Below, piece after piece: positions 23,643 through 26,582 of a stretch of 26,582 nt of DNA (positions are counted from its first letter, which is position 1; every line of letters starts with the position of its first letter). Source of the stretch: Patescibacteria group bacterium (GTDB lineage Bacteria > Patescibacteriota > Patescibacteriia > 2-12-FULL-60-25). The notes beneath the pieces were generated by a model, which was given only the letters and a program-made list of their open reading frames with translations, was not told where the DNA came from and did no database searches. Made by a program: the position numbers and the translations under genes. The stretch lies in NCBI GenBank assembly GCA_035715245.1, contig DASTLG010000023.1, forward strand, positions 1 through 26,582, given 5' to 3'.

Positions 23643-24466
23643 CGCCGATTCCTTATGACATGCGAGAAGTTCTCCTCAGCATCAACCACGTGAGTCATTC
23701 ATTTCAGGATCGCGTGGTTCTGCGGGATGTGAACGGAGTGATCCGCAACGTTCACCGCGACCACATAAACCAAGGACAAGTGGTTGCCCTTCTCGGCCCG
23801 TCCGGCCTTGGGAAAACCACTCTGCTCCATGTTCTCGCCGGCCTTCTTCGGCCGAGCTCCGGCCAGGTGCTTATCACCGAAGCTCAGCGGCCGATCAAAC
23901 GAGGAGAAGTCGGCGTGGTAACGCAGGAATGCCGGCTATTCCAGCATCGAACCGTACGACAAAATTTGTATCTTGCCGCGCGTCTCGCGAAGATGAGCCG
24001 TGATGACGCAAAAAATAAGACGGCCTATTATCTCGATTTGTTTCACATGACGGCACACGCTGAAGCATACCCGGTTCAGCTTTCCGGTGGACAACGCCAA
24101 CGTGTTGCTATTGCACAGCAATTATTGTGCAGCAGCTACTTCCTCTTAATGGACGAACCGTTCTCAGGCTTGGACGTCAACGTCAAGGAAGAAGTCTGTC
24201 AGCTGATTACTGAGGTGGCACAGCTCGATGAGTTAAAAACAATTATCGTGGTCACGCATGACACACGTGCCGCGATTCAAGTCGCGGACACGATCTGGCT
24301 CCTCGGCCGCGATCGAACGCCAGCCGGCGAAATTATTCCCGGCGCTCGCATTATGGATGAGATCGATCTCAAGGCGCGCGGACTTGCCTGGCAGCCGAAT
24401 CTAAAACAGCTGCCGGAATTTGAAACGTGCGTCCGTGAAATTGAGGCGCGCTTCAAGAATCTCTGA
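23639..24466 (+). CDS. ABC transporter ATP-binding protein, NitT/TauT/SsuB-like
   Basis: Walker A GPSGLGKTT, signature LSGGQRQR, Walker B LLMDEP, H-loop VTHD; ATGA overlap with the permease; SD AAGGAGG. Confidence 0.93.
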   Translation: MTPIPYDMREVLLSINHVSHSFQDRVVLRDVNGVIRNVHRDHINQGQVVALLGPSGLGKTTLLHVLAGLLRPSSGQVLITEAQRPIKRGEVGVVTQECRLFQHRTVRQNLYLAARLAKMSRDDAKNKTAYYLDLFHMTAHAEAYPVQLSGGQRQRVAIAQQLLCSSYFLLMDEPFSGLDVNVKEEVCQLITEVAQLDELKTIIVVTHDTRAAIQVADTIWLLGRDRTPAGEIIPGARIMDEIDLKARGLAWQPNLKQLPEFETCVREIEARFKNL

Positions 24467-24473
24467 TATTTTT

Positions 24474-24498
24474 CCAGCGGTGATCCGCTGGTTTTTTT
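24474..24498 (+). terminator. Intrinsic terminator of the ABC operon
   Basis: ccagcgg-tgat-ccgctgg followed by T7. Confidence 0.85.
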
Positions 24499-25477
24499 AA
24501 TCCGTAAACTGGCGAAGATGTAAATTCGTTACCTCGTATCCAAGAAAATTCTGCACAAACGACCCGCGATCACCCACAATCGCTTCTGGAGAAAATGGAT
24601 TCATCGTAAATTTAAGTACGATTGGATTTTTTTCATTATTGAGAATGATTAATTCTCCATAGCGGCTCCGCGCCCGAATTGCCGAAACAATTTTACGCGT
24701 TCCATTGATTGAAATCGGCCACAAAACAAATTCCCCGTCAGCCTGGATCAAATCTGGATCTTGATGGTCGTCCTCGGTTCCCGTTGCACCGCGTAATTTT
24801 GCCGTAAATGTTTTCCACATTGCCATTGTTTTCATGAGTGTCGTAATCGGCGATTCTGTAATTCCGAGCGAAACGGAAACCTGCCGAGTCGCCATTAAGG
24901 TCCGGAAGGCTTCGATCGGCATCCAAATCACACTCGAATCCTGACTCTCATAATTCCCCTCCTTCCAATAGCTCGGCAAACGTAATGTTTGTTTTCGCGC
25001 CAGATCAATATTAAAAATCGTTCCCGTTGACATCACACTTTCAAAAACAATCTTTGGCGGAAGCGGCGCTGATTCACCGATCGGTGTAGGATGCGCTTTC
25101 AAACCCGCATCATACGCTTCACGCGCCATCTTTGAAGCGTCTGTTTCACGCTCGACCCGCATTTGCCAGGTAAGGTCAACCTGCTCTCCCGGAGCAAATC
25201 GAGTGATTGTGATATTCCGCTGTCCTGCATCTGTTTGGTCGACAGGAGCTGAAATACCGAATAAGGTTTGCGTAAGGCTGAACGAATCTCCCGGGCTGAA
25301 TGAAAGACGAGATGAAAGAAACGCGGCAGTAGACGTCGATACGACTGCAGTATCTTGATGCGTGAAAAATCCGGCCGCTGTATTTCCCAGCCTGGAATAG
25401 ATAGATGAAACGGAACAACCAGCTCCAAAAAGGACCAGCAGAAAAAATGGGAAGACGAGAATCAAACCTCGTTTCAT
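24497..25477 (-). CDS. Putative lipoprotein of unknown function
   Basis: Start placed at ATG 25477: MKRGLILVFPFFLLVLFGAG-C is a signal peptide II with a lipobox; 326 aa. Confidence 0.75.
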   Translation of the reverse strand: MKRGLILVFPFFLLVLFGAGCSVSSIYSRLGNTAAGFFTHQDTAVVSTSTAAFLSSRLSFSPGDSFSLTQTLFGISAPVDQTDAGQRNITITRFAPGEQVDLTWQMRVERETDASKMAREAYDAGLKAHPTPIGESAPLPPKIVFESVMSTGTIFNIDLARKQTLRLPSYWKEGNYESQDSSVIWMPIEAFRTLMATRQVSVSLGITESPITTLMKTMAMWKTFTAKLRGATGTEDDHQDPDLIQADGEFVLWPISINGTRKIVSAIRARSRYGELIILNNEKNPIVLKFTMNPFSPEAIVGDRGSFVQNFLGYEVTNLHLRQFTD

Positions 25478-25680
25478 AAACCTTTTTTTACATGGAAAAT
25501 GGACTGCTGGAGAAATTTTGGAATCGGTTCGCCTGAGGTGTACCAATAGCCAAGGAGAAGCGCCCCAATCGTAAGCAGGACGAATAAGAGACAACAGCCG
25601 CCGCAGCATGTTTTCCATCGTTGACCTCTTTGTTTTTTCTGAGGAACTGATGCGGATTTTTCAGACGGGCGCTCATCCAT
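25474..25680 (-). CDS. Small single-pass membrane protein with a CCGGCC cluster
   Basis: 68 aa; basic N-terminus, CCGGCC, then a TM helix; its TGA overlaps the lipoprotein ATG (ATGA). Confidence 0.6.
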   Translation of the reverse strand: MDERPSEKSASVPQKKQRGQRWKTCCGGCCLLFVLLTIGALLLGYWYTSGEPIPKFLQQSIFHVKKGL

Positions 25681-25691
25681 AAAACAAAAAA

Positions 25692-25720
25692 ATCTTAGCG
25701 CGAATGCGGCAGATTGTCGA
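25692..25720 (-). promoter_or_regulatory. Putative promoter of the small-protein/lipoprotein pair
   Basis: TCGACA-N17-TAAGAT, 11 nt before ATG 25680. Confidence 0.45.
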
Positions 25721-25786
25721 GGTCAAGACCTTGACGTTTTATCTTCTGTGATTCCAAAAAGACACGTACACTGATATTCAATATCT

Positions 25787-26245
25787 ATGGCGATTACCGA
25801 ATTACATATCGGTCAAAAAGCGCCGGATTTTTCTCTCAAAAATGAGCAAGGAGAAGTTGTTCAGCTTTCGCATTTTGAAGGAAAGCAGCCGGTCGTCCTC
25901 TTTTTTTATCCCGGCGACCTCACGCCTGGCTGCACCCTTCAGCTCTGCGCGGTACGCGATGATTGGCAAAAATTTGAGGACCTTGGAATAGCGGTTTTTG
26001 GAATTAATCACGCAAACGCTGAATCGCATCAGAAATTTATAAAAAAATATTCGTTTCCCTTCCCTCTTCTCATCGATCCAGGAAAAAAAATCAGCATGCT
26101 TTACGGCGCTATCCGCGATATCTTCCGTGTCCAGGTAATCCGGCGGACCGTGGTCGGCATTGACAAGCAAGGGACCATTCGTTATCAAAAAAGAGGGATG
26201 CCTAAGAATTCGGAAATTTTAAAGGCAATGCAAAAGTTCGCTTAA
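25787..26245 (+). CDS. bcp: Peroxiredoxin, BCP/PrxQ family
   Basis: GQKAPDFSL, FYPGDLTPGCTLQLC (peroxidatic and resolving Cys), FPLLIDP, RRTVVGID. Confidence 0.92.
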   Translation: MAITELHIGQKAPDFSLKNEQGEVVQLSHFEGKQPVVLFFYPGDLTPGCTLQLCAVRDDWQKFEDLGIAVFGINHANAESHQKFIKKYSFPFPLLIDPGKKISMLYGAIRDIFRVQVIRRTVVGIDKQGTIRYQKRGMPKNSEILKAMQKFA

Positions 26246-26272
26246 TCAATCCTCATCATCCTCATTTCTTCT

Positions 26273-26582
26273 ATGAAAACAGAAACCAAACCTCTGCCGT
26301 TTGATCATCTTTCAGGTTTATCCGAAAAAACGATTTCCATCCATCACGACAAGCTCTACGCTGGATACGTTGCTAAAGCAAATGAAATTCGAGAAAAATT
26401 ATCCGGCCTTGCTTCCTCCGGCGGCTTAGAAAATGCCAATCAAACGTATTCGGAATTACGCGGACTTAAGGATGGAGAAACATTCGCGGTTAATGGCGTG
26501 TATCTGCATGAATGGTATTTTGATGCGCTTGGCGGTGATGGAAAACCCAGCGGGAAAATCGTCGACGATATTGTCGAGCGAT
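26273..26582 (+). CDS. sod: Fe/Mn superoxide dismutase family protein, N-terminal part, truncated at the window edge
   Basis: Not in the ORF track. Translation MKTETKPLPFDHLSGLSEKTISIHHDKLYAGYV...FAVNGVYLHEWYFDALGG shows the first two metal-ligand histidines. Confidence 0.88.
   Translation, partial: MKTETKPLPFDHLSGLSEKTISIHHDKLYAGYVAKANEIREKLSGLASSGGLENANQTYSELRGLKDGETFAVNGVYLHEWYFDALGGDGKPSGKIVDDIVER

Noticed and set aside
25478-25618. Longer start for the lipoprotein ORF
   Set aside because: The signal peptide begins at ATG 25477, and the extension overlaps the 68-aa gene. Track extensions of comF, der, murJ, era, the SBP and the permease were trimmed on similar grounds.
25722-25737. gtcaa/ttgac inverted repeat and TTGACGT upstream of bcp as a fourth member of the promoter class
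   Set aside because: No TG or plausible -10 box at 16-18 nt spacing on either strand.
1-26582. CRISPR array, tRNA/rRNA, IS element, or stop-codon reassignment
   Set aside because: No repeat-spacer periodicity, cloverleaf or transposase was seen, and the intergenic spaces are short. TGA ends several full-length genes.

Overview
Chromosomal window in standard genetic code 11; TGA is used as a stop, e.g. at 4218 and 24464. The gene set and style point to a Patescibacteria/CPR (Parcubacteria-like) genome, which is an inference. From left to right: a partial small membrane protein; comF; a tightly packed minus-strand T4SS-like operon (VirB6-like, an unknown protein with an internal repeat, PrgI, a VirB4 N-terminal-like protein, VirB4 ATPase, a VirB8-like candidate) with no relaxase, VirD4 or integrase in view; envelope genes (LCP-LytR_C, DUF218, MurJ, GT2); ribosome-biogenesis genes (Der, SpoU methyltransferase, RlmD, Era); two stand-alone orphan genes; a tandem pair of diverged helical paralogues; a compositionally foreign ABC importer whose substrate-binding protein is fused to an OmpA-like peptidoglycan-binding domain; a Cys-cluster peptide coupled to a lipoprotein; and bcp plus a truncated, atypical Fe/Mn SOD. 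Two translation-initiation styles appear to coexist: core genes look leaderless or SD-less with extended -10 promoters, while six accessory genes carry strong SD sequences. No rRNA, tRNA, CRISPR array or IS element was seen. All calls come from reading motifs by eye; no database search was run.
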